A stretch of DNA of 32,488 bases from Fonticula alba ATCC 38817. Its lineage: Eukaryota > Protista > Nucleariida. Position 1 is the stretch's first letter. Every line of letters starts with the position of its first letter. A model generated the notes under the pieces. It was not told the DNA's origin and did no database searches. It worked only from the letters and a program-made list of their open reading frames with translations. Positions 20,281-30,900 of this stretch are shown piece by piece. The DNA lies in NCBI GenBank assembly GCA_000388065.2, contig KB932207.1. One strand, 5' to 3'. A program made the translations under genes and the position numbers.

Positions 20281-20932
20281 CGGCAAGCCCTTGTTGTGCT
20301 GCACCGCCCTCTCCCCGCATGTACACCCGCGCATGAGACCCGGGCCGGGGGCGGGGGGCACACATGTGTCTGTTTTGAGGACACCATGTTGTGTCCACCT
20401 CCGCTCCGGCTGCGCGCCCTCCCATGTCCTTCTGCCCTATTTTCGGCCTCCGCCCCTTCCCCTTCACCCATATTCTCTCTCTCTCTCTCCCCTCTCCCCT
20501 CTCCCTCCTGTTCTTGTTTCCCCTTTCCTCCCAGATGAATTCGCACGCACACACGCGCGTGCGTGGGACTCTCCTGTTGCCCCTGCTCGATCCCAGCAAG
20601 AGCACCACTCCTCCCCCTCCCTTGTCGCTCCGCTCCTCTGCACCCCCCCCCCTATATATGCATGCCCACGCGCTCCGGCGCCGCGCCTGTGTATGGCGGC
20701 GGCGCGTGGTTCTGCTCTCCCCCCCGCTTTCTCTCTCCTCCTCTTCTCCCCGCTCTTCACCCCCCCCCACCCCCGAATAAACCATATACCCCACAGAAAG
20801 ACAACATTGGAGGGCAACCCGCCCCCCTCTCTCCTTCGGGCGCGTGTCCCGTTTCAGCGTTGGCATGTGCTGCCAATCTGGCCGTGGCCGGGTCTCTTCT
20901 CAGCTCTTTTCTCTGGCTGCTTGCCACACGGG

Positions 20933-20935
<3 letters not shown>

Positions 20936-20984
<49 letters not shown>
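20936..20984. repeat. (CT)n microsatellite
   Basis: About 24 CT units read directly. Confidence 0.95.
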
Positions 20985-20986
<2 letters not shown>

Positions 20987-21266
20987 CTCCCTTCCTCTCC
21001 CTGTATGTATGTATGTACGTGGGTACGGGTGTGTGTGTGCGTGTGTGCGAGCAGGCGCATGAGCGCATGGATGGGGATTTCGCCGACCCGGGCCGATCAC
21101 CGAATGCGGTTGATCCCGCTCGCCATCAGTTCGGGGCCTTCTCCCCGACCGTCTCTCGCCGCCCTCCCTGCTTCCTCTCGCCGCCCGCCTCGCTTCCTCT
21201 CGCCGCCCGCATTCCACCCCCTCTCCCTGTCCCTGGCCGAAGGCTCCCCTCCGTGTGCCCCTCCCG

Positions 21267-23380
21267 ATGCTTGCCCGCCAGGCGCTGGTGGCCGGGCCCC
21301 GGTGGCTGCCCACATGTCGCCGGGCACTCTCCACGACTCCCGCCCCGGGGGTCCTTCTGCGCGACTACCTTTTCCGGGGCCTCTATGCCCCGGGGGCAGG
21401 CTACTTCGAGCAGCATGCCACCATCTTGCAGACATCCCCCGCCGGGGAGGCCGAGCACCCTGCCCCGGTGGCCTCTGGACGGGCTCCGCCATCCGGCCAG
21501 CGCCTGGCCTTTGACCAGCTGGCCGGCGAGACCGAGTACAAGCAAGCCGTGGCCCGGCTGTACACGGGGGCCATTGGCAGCGCCGACCAGCCTGGCGATT
21601 CACCCCAAGTGTGGCACACCCCGGTGGAGATCTTCAGCGTGCGTGTTTCCCTCCCCCTGTCTCCTTTGTGTGCGGGCGCCTCCACTTACCTGCTCATCAT
21701 CGGTCTCGCGTCGTCCTTGTCTGTGGGCCTGTCCTCCCCTCCCGCCCCCCCCCCAATACCACCGCGGCGGCCCAGCCCTGGTATGGGCGGGCGCTTGGTC
21801 GATACCTTCTCTCACAGCATGGGCGCCGGTTATCCCGGCACGGTGAGCACCCGCTGTCGGTGACCGAGCTTGGTGGAGGTGCGGCGGCCACAGGAACGGG
21901 GCATGCCCCCCCGCCCCCCCCCCGCCCCCCCTGGGGCCCCACCGCCCGGATCTAACACTCCCCCCCCTGTCCCTCTCCTGCTGGCTGCGACGATCCAGGC
22001 AATGGGACCCTGATGTTGGACATCCTGGATTACATTCAAGCCGAGGCGCCGAGCGTCTACCAGACCATGCAGTACAGCTTGTATGATGTGAGCAGTCGCA
22101 TGCACGCACTTCAGCGTGCCGCACTGGCTGGCAGCGCGCACGCGCCGCTCCTCGATCGGCGCCCCGGGCCGGCTGCCGGATCTGTGCAGCTACACCATCG
22201 CAGCGCACTGGACATTGACCCGAGCCCGGACTTGGGCTTCGTCATTTCGGCCGAGATGCTGGTGCGTGCATCACCCCAAATGCCCTGCTCTTTCGCCTCC
22301 TCTCTGGCCCGATGGTTGGATCGCTCAGATCGTCATCTAACCTTTGGCTTCTTTGTCTGCTTTTCTTTTCTTCGGTGTCCTTCACTTTCTCTCTTCTCTC
22401 TCTCTCTCTCTCTCGGTCCCGCCCCCCCACCCCCACTCTCATCTACCCAACTGCTTGGTCGCTTCCAGGACAACCTTCCGCATGACCGGGTGGTTTGGTC
22501 AGCCCGCGCACCGACCAAGCCCTTCGAGATCCATGTGGCCCCCGGGCCGGAGCCTAATGGCTTGCCACATGCCTTGGCTCGACCCGCGGCCGACCCATGG
22601 GTGATCCAGTATCTCACTCTGCACATGGAGTACCGGCGCTTCCTGGACACGATGGCCGCCCACCAAGATGCCAGCATCTGGGCCCGGGTGAAGTCGTGGG
22701 TGGGGTCGGTCACCGGCGGCATGGCAGCCTCCACGGTCGCCGGTCCTTCTCTCTCGCCGATGGGGGCCGACCACCTGCCGGTGAGCAACATGCTGGGAGA
22801 CATCATGTACGGTCTGTATGCGCCGACAGTTTGCCTGCAGCTGATGGATCGCCTGGCCCGGGCCCGGCCGCGACAAAGCCTTCTTTTCACGGACTTCTCC
22901 GCACTGCCGGACGCGGTCTCCAGCGAGCCCCTGGCGCCGGTGGTGCAAAGCGTCCTTCGGCCGGACCAATTCCCCGGCTTCCGCCTGTATCCCGGCATCA
23001 CGGACAGTCTCTATGCCCCGAGTGTCACGGACTGCCAGTCGGCGATGGCGGCCGAAACGCGCGCCCTCAAGACCTACCTCCTGCCCCCGGACCTCCTCCG
23101 CCAGTGCGATGTCTTCTTCCCGACGGACTTCCAGTGGCTCGTGTGGCTAGATGCTCGCCTGCGCCGGCGCCACCATCCGGAGCTGTTCGGCCCGGAGGAG
23201 GGCACCGGGGCCGGGTCCCATGCTGCTGGCACCGGGCGTGCCCTGTCGCATGGGGACTTCTTCCGGGCCTTTGGCTCGCCAACCGGGACACGCACCCGAT
23301 CCGGCTTCGATCCCCTGGTGGATGACTACTTCAATGTGGGTTTCCTCCTGACCGGGACTCTCGATGCGGACGCCCCATGA
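21267..23380 (+). CDS. NDUFAF7/MidA-family SAM-dependent methyltransferase, mitochondrial (fungal YKL162C-like), 4 exons, 549 aa
   Basis: Exons 21267-21638, 21776-21878, 21999-22261, 22469-23380 (1650 nt). Arg-rich, acid-free presequence-like N-terminus (MLARQALVAGPRWLPTCRRALST). Motifs: LRDYLFRGLYAPGAGYF, WHTPVEIFS|PWYG, SAM motif I 'ELGGGNGTLMLDILDY', 'VISAEML|DNLPHD'. Confidence 0.85.
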
Positions 23381-23915
23381 GCATGGGATCCCTTCGCTGC
23401 CGTTGTCCCTCCTCCTGTCCCTCTTCCCTATTTTTGTGTTCCCTCTTTCTTTCTCTCTCTCTCTCTCCCTTCCGTTCCCCACAACAGTGGCCAAAGCACA
23501 CGTGCGGCCGCAAAATGTACCTTCACGGCGATGGGAGGCCTCATATTGTCCCGGCTGTCGTCTCTCCCTCTCTCTCTCTCTCTCTCTCTCACCCCCATGC
23601 TACTGGCAGCCGAGCACAGGGGCTGGGGGCTTGCACTTCCGCCTTTGGATGATGAGCGGTCCTGAGCAGAAATCCAGAAGGAGAGGGTCTATTTTTTGGT
23701 GTTCGTATATGGGCGAAGAGGGGACACACGTTCGAGAGACGTAGACAAACCCCATCAGCCAGGGGGGAGAGAGAGGGGAGGTGTGGGACTTGCATGCGTG
23801 TGCCGACGGGGCAAAGACCCCCAAGGATCGGGCAGCGGACGCAGATCGACCGCAGGACAATGCCCCACAGGGGGAAGCACCGCGGGCAGGAGTCACGGAG
23901 CCGAGCTCAGGATGC

Positions 23916-26477
23916 TCAAGCCGAGGTATCCGGAGAAAGGGTGTGGAACTTGACACGGCCGTCAGAGCCACCACTGACAACGGTGTCCTTGAGCCAGTTG
24001 ACCGCCAGGCCGACGGCACCCTTGTGCGCCTGGAGCGTGAAAAGGGGAATGGTCGCGCGCATGTCCCAAATGCGGATGGTGCCGTCACGCGAGGCACTGG
24101 CCAGCAGGGGGGCCGGACCCAGGGCGGCCAGCTCCGGCGACCACGACACACTGGTCACGGTGCCAGTGTGGCCGGTGAGCGAGCGCTGGCACACGTTGGT
24201 GTCTGGTTTCGGGGAAGGCGTGGCAGGGTGTGTGCGCATACAGGCAGGTAAGTAAAGGCGGCAGGAGCCCCGGCAGTGGGCGAAAAAAAAAAAGGCCAGC
24301 CAGCACGCACCCTTGATGCGGGGATCCCACAGCTGGATGCTCCGAATGTCCGCATGGCCGGTGGCCACCAGGTTGTGGAAGGGCGAGTGTGAAAGGGTGG
24401 AGATCGGGTACGGACTATGCTGTTGGTTGAAACATAGGTCCCATGTGCCCGGGGGGGGGGGGGGGGGGAGGTTGAGGGTGGTGAGTGAGTGCGGCAAACA
24501 GCCTGGCTGGGGGGGGGGGAACCCCATGGCAAAAAGCCGAGGGACGAGGCAAGGGGCAACAAGGGGCCAGCCCTCTGGCCGACGGGTCGACCACCAGCAC
24601 CCGTGGCGTACCATGCGATGGGTGACGGCGTTCATGGCGACATTCCACTCAAGCAGAGACTCATCCCAAGAGCCGGAGTACAGGGACCCCGAGGCCATGT
24701 CCATGGCAACATACTGCTCATCATCCTCGACGCCAGTGGAGCCGGTGGTCCAGTGGAGGGCGGTGATGGGCCCGGCGGAGTGGCCACCAGAGAGCTCGAT
24801 CAGGTGGGGCTATACAGGGAGGGGGCCGCATGGCAGAGGAGTCAGCATGGCAAGCAGGTCCATGGCCGCATCACGCGGGGCAGGGCGACGTGTGCGTGCG
24901 TGCGTGCGTGCGTGTGTGCGTGTGTGCGTGCGTGTGTGCGTGTATGTATGTATGTATGTATGTATATCGGCCAATCGACATGCGACGTACCAGATCAACA
25001 TGCGGGCGGTCGGCCGGGGTGGCCGGGGTCTTGCGCTTCTTCGACGACGGGGCCACCTGGGCCAGGTCGTTGGCGGCCAGCATGTCCCAAATGCGAATGG
25101 CGCCGTTCCAATAGCCGGTGGCGATGCGCTGGCCACAGGGGCTGGCAGTGATGGCCTCCACCGAGTGGCCGTCGCCCACCAGGGTCACGCAGGGGGAGAG
25201 AGAAACATCCTTAGAGGTGGCCTTCATTTCGCCGGGCCCGAAGGACGTGCGTGCGCGTGCGCGTGTGCGTGCGAAAAAGCGAGACATGAGGAGCAAGAAG
25301 AAGAGACAGCAGGGGCTGGAGGTGAGTAGGTGGCAAAGTGCGAAACAAAGGGAGAGGGGGAGGGGGATGGAGAAATGGGCAAGCACCCGGGGTAGGGCGT
25401 GGCGGGCCAGGCCCGGCACACCAGGCCCGGGGTTCAAACGCACCGTCAGCGAGGGCAGGCTCCAGACATGGGCATTCTGGTCCTTGGAGGCGGAGGCAAC
25501 ATAGTCCAGGCCGTCGAGCTGGAAGGCAGTGATGGCCTTGATCGAGCGCTTGGGCAGGTGCTCGGAGGTGGTGGAGCTACGGCCAGCGACCTGGCCCTGA
25601 GCATTCCACAGACGGAGCTGGCTGTCATAGGACCCGGAGACCGCGTGGCTGCGTTTGCAGGGCGGACCGGGTGGACGGGCAGGCGTGGCAGGAGGGAGCA
25701 CGAGCCCGAGCAGGAGCGGGGAAGTCAGCATACCGGATGCATGTGTGTCCATGTATATGCGGATGGATGAGCCCCGGCAGTGCGTACGTCAGGGAGGGAG
25801 TCGCGACGATCGAGCTGACCCAGTCATCATGGATGTTGTCATCGGGCTGCTCGATGGTCTTCGGCGGGGTGAGGGACTCCACATATTCGATGGTGATGAC
25901 ATTTTCCTATGACACGATGGCGGTTAGAGGGGGCGGACGCAGCGCCAAAGCCGGCGAGCCAAGGCAGGAGGACAAGGGATAAATATAGTGATGTATGTGG
26001 AGGGGCGAGTGTGTGTGTGTGTGTGTGTGTGCGTGTGTGCGTGTGTGCGTGTGTGCAGCCTGACACGTACGGACGACTCGTCGTTGGCCTTGATCCACTC
26101 GGCAATGCTGGTGCGCAGGAAGTGGCCGTTGATGATGAAGTCATAAGGGCGCGGGGTGGCTGTTGGGCGGGGAGGGACAGGAGAATGGGGCAGGGGGAGT
26201 TAGGATGCGGCGCACGCGTCCAGACGGGAGACCAAGTGCGAGGGACATTTGGCCCCCGGGGGGGGGGGGGGGGGGGCAGGTGCAAGGTAATGGCATGCGC
26301 ACCGTTGGCCAGAAGATGGTTGAGAATCTCCGACAGGCCGTAGCGGCGCAGGGACGCGGGAATGGCGATGGTGGGCAGCGGGACCGCGGCAGCCATGGCC
26401 GACGTGGTGGCGGCCACGAACCGGGCCTGAATCTGCTGGCCCTCCTGGGGGGTGTCGGCGCTCATGTTGAGGGACAT
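23916..26477 (-). CDS. YTM1: Ribosome biogenesis protein YTM1/WDR12 (N-terminal ubiquitin-like NLE domain + WD40), 8 exons, ~466 aa
   Basis: Minus-strand exons 26477-26303, 26159-26071, 25906-25788, 25648-25444, ~25209-24991, 24809-24612, 24419-24311, 24202-23916 (1401 nt). Motifs: LRRYGLSEILNHLL, PYDFIINGHFLRTS, ENVITIEY, HDDWVSSI, SGSYD..LRLW, YSGSWD, LWDPR, LTGH...VTSVSWSP, SASRDGTIRIWDMR, SGGSDG. The exon 5 acceptor is uncertain. Confidence 0.9.
24890..24964. repeat. Compound (GTGC)n/(GT)n/(ATGT)n microsatellite in YTM1 intron 5
   Basis: Read directly; lies inside the intron 24990-24810. Confidence 0.85.
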
Positions 26478-27967
26478 GGCTACGTCTGCCGGCAGGGGAG
26501 CCCGGGCAAGTGGCGTGCAGGGTGGCAGGCACCGGGCATGGGCGGCAGAGTCAGCATGAATGTGCGAGCGAGCGGGCGGGCGGACGCGCGAGTGGACAAC
26601 CCCAAGTGTGGTTCTCTCTCTCTCTCTCTCTCTGTCAAGGCAAGGCAAGGCCCGGTGTAGCGAGGGAGAGAGACGCACCGAGATCGGGGGTGCCGGGAAC
26701 TGGAACGCTCTGATGCAGACGAGAGGGAAGGGGCGGCGGGAAAGCAGGGGGGGAGCGGGGCAGGAGCGATTGACGAGGAGGCGGGCAGGGGGCAGGAGGG
26801 GGGGGGGGAGTGCATCTGGCTAAGTGGCCGTGGCGGGCAGGGCCTGCTGGGGCGGATCGTCTTGAGTGGTGGCCCCCCCCCCCCCCACCGGCGGGTTGGC
26901 CGGGTCACATCCCTCCCTCCTGGCGGGCGATCGTGAACGCCGGCACGATGATTGCCCTGGCGGCGNNNNNNNNNNNNNNNNNGGGGGGGGGGGGAGCCGG
27001 ACGGGGGCAGTGCATGTCCGGTCCCCTCGGTGGGGCGGCGGCAACATGGCCCAGCGTGGCGGTGGCAGTCCGGCCGCGACATGCGGACCGAATGCCCACG
27101 CTGGCGGTGTCGATGGGTCGGCACCTGTCTGGGTTGGCAGTGGGTAGCCGTTTTTTTAAAATGCCGTGCCCTGGGCCGGCGCCACCGGGATCATTTTCCG
27201 TATGAGTCTCTTCTGGCGGGGCAAGTTTTCCCCCCCGCTCGCGTTCGCATGCTCCCCCCCCCCCCCCTCCTGCCTGCTGGCGGGACATAGCCAGCCTCTG
27301 TGGTCCCTTTTGTGCGCTGGAGGGAGGGCCCTCGCTCCCCCCCCCCCCCCCGGTGAGGCGAGTGTGCCAGTTTCCCTGGCCTGCCCCTGGGGGCGTGGGC
27401 CGATCGGGGGAAGAACGCAGGCAACGGTGGGTGAGAGGCGATCTCCGCCCCCCCCTCCCCCCCCCCCGCTTGCATGCACGATCGGAACGGATGGCCGGAC
27501 GGGAAATTCGGCGCCCGAGGAGAGCGGACGGCAGGCGGGCTCCGCAAGCACAACACGGAGGCGGGGCTTGCTCGAGGCGGGGAGGGCTAAAGGGTCGCGG
27601 GCTTGTCGCACTGGCATGGTGCTGAGAGCACCATTCTCCGGTCCACCGCCCCGCCTTCTTCTCTCCACTTTCATTCCCTTCCTCCCTGGCCTCCTCTCTT
27701 CCCACTTCACCCCTGCTCGCCAGCTCAGCGCGGCGGCCACCCTTCTTCCGCCCGCCCGCCCGCCCGCCCGCCGGCCCGTCCGTCCGCTGGCTCGTTCGCC
27801 GCCGCTCGCCCCCTCGACTGTCCCCCCCCTCCTCCCCCTCCTCATCGATTTGTGCGATTGCCGTGTGCCAGCTCCGGGCCGGCGCTGGAAGTTGCATGCC
27901 CCCTCGGCCGCGCTCGCGAGGCAGGTGACCCCGCCCTGAGGTTTTCTCATTCGCTCCGTGCCTTCCT

Positions 27968-30900
27968 ATGGACCGGTGCGTCGTGGCTCTTTCTCCCCAT
28001 GGGTCTCCTCGTGTGATGATGGGAGTCGCCTTTTTAACCGACCTGCTCCTGGCTCTCTTCCCTTCGCCGTTTCCTGTCCTGCTCCCTCGGGCGGTTCTGC
28101 TCCTCAAATGGGTGGTGCAGTGCCTTCCAGGGCGTCCCTGCCCTGCCAAGCCCCGGTGTCGATCCATCCCCCAATGGCCCCCCTGGCCTAGAGGATGATG
28201 ACAACATCAAGGTGATCGTGCGAATCCGGCCACTCAATGACAATGAGCGCCTGGGCACCGGGGCCGGGCCGCTGACACACTGTGTCGAGGCTGATCCCAC
28301 TCGGCGCACGGTGTCCCTCTTGTCGACCGCCGCCGGGGCCGGGAGCCTGGCTCTGCTGCAGGGGGCCCATACACAAAGCGAGTCCTTCACCTTCGATGTG
28401 GTGCACGATCAGAACGCCGGCCAGCAGGAGGTTTTCAACTCCATCAGTCACTCGGTGCTCACCTGCTTGCAGGGCTACAACACCACCATCTTTGCGTATG
28501 GACAGACGGGAGCCGGCAAAACGTACACCATGTTCGGGCCATCGGCCATGCCCTCGACGCCCGGCTTGAACCCCGAGGACGAAGTCGGCCCGGCGGATCC
28601 CCCCGGCCAGCCTCCTGTCGCCTGGGCTCTCCCCATTCCCGAGGAGCAGGGGCTCATCCCGCGTGCGCTGGAGCTCCTTTTTTCGCAGATGGCCGCGGCT
28701 ACAACTGCCGGTGTGCCGGTCGGCAGTGATCCGACCACTGCCGGCACTCTGACCATCCAGTACTCGGTCAAGTGTTCCTACATCGAGCTCTACAATGAGA
28801 TTGCCTTCGATCTGCTGAACGCCGACTCGCCCAGCTGCGGTGTGTTCCTCACTGCATGCTCTCTCTCTCTCTCTCTCTCCCCCTGTCCTTCCGTGTACAT
28901 GTGTGGGTCTTTCTGTTTCGCCCTCTGTGTCTGACCCGCCCCCCCCCCCCTCCGCCCTTTCCCGCCCATCTCAACGGTTTGGCAGCCATCCGTGAGGACA
29001 CCAAGCGAGGGGTGTACATCGACGGGGCCACCGAGATGCCGGTCACCTCGGCACAGGAGGCTTGTGAGCTGCTGGCACGCGGGAATCTCAACCGCCACGT
29101 CGCCTCGACCGGGATGAATCGCGAGAGTTCCCGCTCGCACGCGGTCTTCACTCTCTACATTCGGTCGGAGTCGCGCGACACCATCGTCGGCCTGACCCAG
29201 GTGTCTGAGTCACGCTTCAATCTGGTCGATTTGGCCGGATCCGAGCGGTGCGTGCTTCCCCCTCGCTGCCCGCGGCCACCACGGCCACCACATGCTGCCC
29301 CATCCCCNNNNNNNNNNNNNNNNGCTGACCCTGTTGCCGTGTGGTCTGCCCTTTTTTTTTCTTTCCCCCTCCTCCTCCTGCCGCCGGTCTCAGGCAAAAG
29401 GACACCGGCGCCTCGGGTGTCCGTCTCAAGGAAGCCAGTCAAATCAATAAGTCCCTGTCGACGCTTGGCAGTGTCATCCAGGCCCTGGTGGACGTGAGCC
29501 AGGGCCGGCCACGGCATGTGCACTATCGCGATTCCAAGCTCACCTTCCTGCTGCGAGTACGCCATGTCTGCCGACTCCTCCTTTTCTACCTTTCTCTCTC
29601 TCTCCCTCTCCCTCTCGCGCGCGCGCACACACTTTCCCCTTCCTTGGTCATGTCGGTGGCCTGACCTCCCCTATGTCCCCCTCTCCGGGATCTGGATGTG
29701 GACAGGATTCGCTTGGTGGCAATGCGCGCACCTTCCTGGTGGCCAACCTCTCGCCGGCACTCTCCTGCGCCTCGGAGACAGCGTCCACCCTGCGTTTCGC
29801 CAGCCGGGCCAAGATGATTCGCAATCGTGCCACCGTCAACACAGGCACCTTCGGCCTGGACACATTGGCCATCGACCGGCTTCGAACGGAGAACACCAGC
29901 CTGCGCGCACAGCTTGACGCCGTGCTGGCCGCGGCGGCCGTGGTGCCGGTCGCCAATCCGGAAGTCGTGACCGAGGCGCCGGACTCGACAATGCTCCTGG
30001 GCGAGCATCTGACCCTGGTTGCCATGCAGGCGGCGCATTCTCTGGCCGACCAGTACCTGGATCACTTCACCGGGCTCATTGCCGATGCGCCGGCATTGGC
30101 TCTCTTGCTGGACCATCTCCGCCACCGTGAGGCGCGAGTCCGTGGCTTGGCCGAGGAGTTGCAGCTCTCCCGGGACCTGGAGCAACGTCGCGCCACCAAG
30201 TCTCAGGTATGTCTTTGCGTCTTCTCATTTGCTCATCTCCCGCCTCTTCCACCTCTCCCTCCCGGGCCCATGCTCCCTTCTCGCCATTTTCCTGACGGTT
30301 GACATGTCCCCTGCCCCGCCCAACTGCTCCTGTCTTCACCTCGGCCTTTGGTCATGCCCAGTCTGACAAGATGATCTTGGCATTTCGTGATCGCACCATC
30401 AGCCTCCTCGGGGCGGAGCTCAGCCCGGAGTCGCGCGCCGAGCTGCTGGATCTCCGGTCGCGGGAGATCGCCGTTCTTCAGGGGCAAATTGACAATCACC
30501 CGGAGCTGGCCAAGATGGCCCTCGCCCAGCGGCACCTGTCCAGTGCGTCGCATCTCGCCGCCAAGGCATCTTCACGCGCAGCCACCCACGCAGCCACCCA
30601 CGCACACGCACACGCACACGCACACGCAGATGGACATTTGGTGCCTCCCGCCCGTGCTCACACCCTTTTTCATTGGCTGTTGGCGAGCAGACGTCGCGCG
30701 CGATCTGGAATTCGAGCTCAACCGCTATCGAAAGAGCTCGCCCCCAAGCGAGGATGCCCCGGCATCCGCCTCGGTGGCCAATGCCGAAACCCTGGAAAAG
30801 GCACATGGCCTGCTGCTGCGACATGAGGCTTATGAGCGCGAGATTGAGGCGCGTCTGGTGGGCTTGACGGCCGCCCTGCGGGAGAAGTATGACCAGGAGT

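Noticed and set aside
24245-24256. TACTTACCTG on the minus strand (U1 snRNA 5'-end sequence) in YTM1 intron 7, and ACTTACCTG at ~21683 in NDUFAF7-like intron 1
   Set aside because: Only 9-10 nt, with no U1 stem-loops or Sm site following; better explained as CTTAC branch-point variants or chance.
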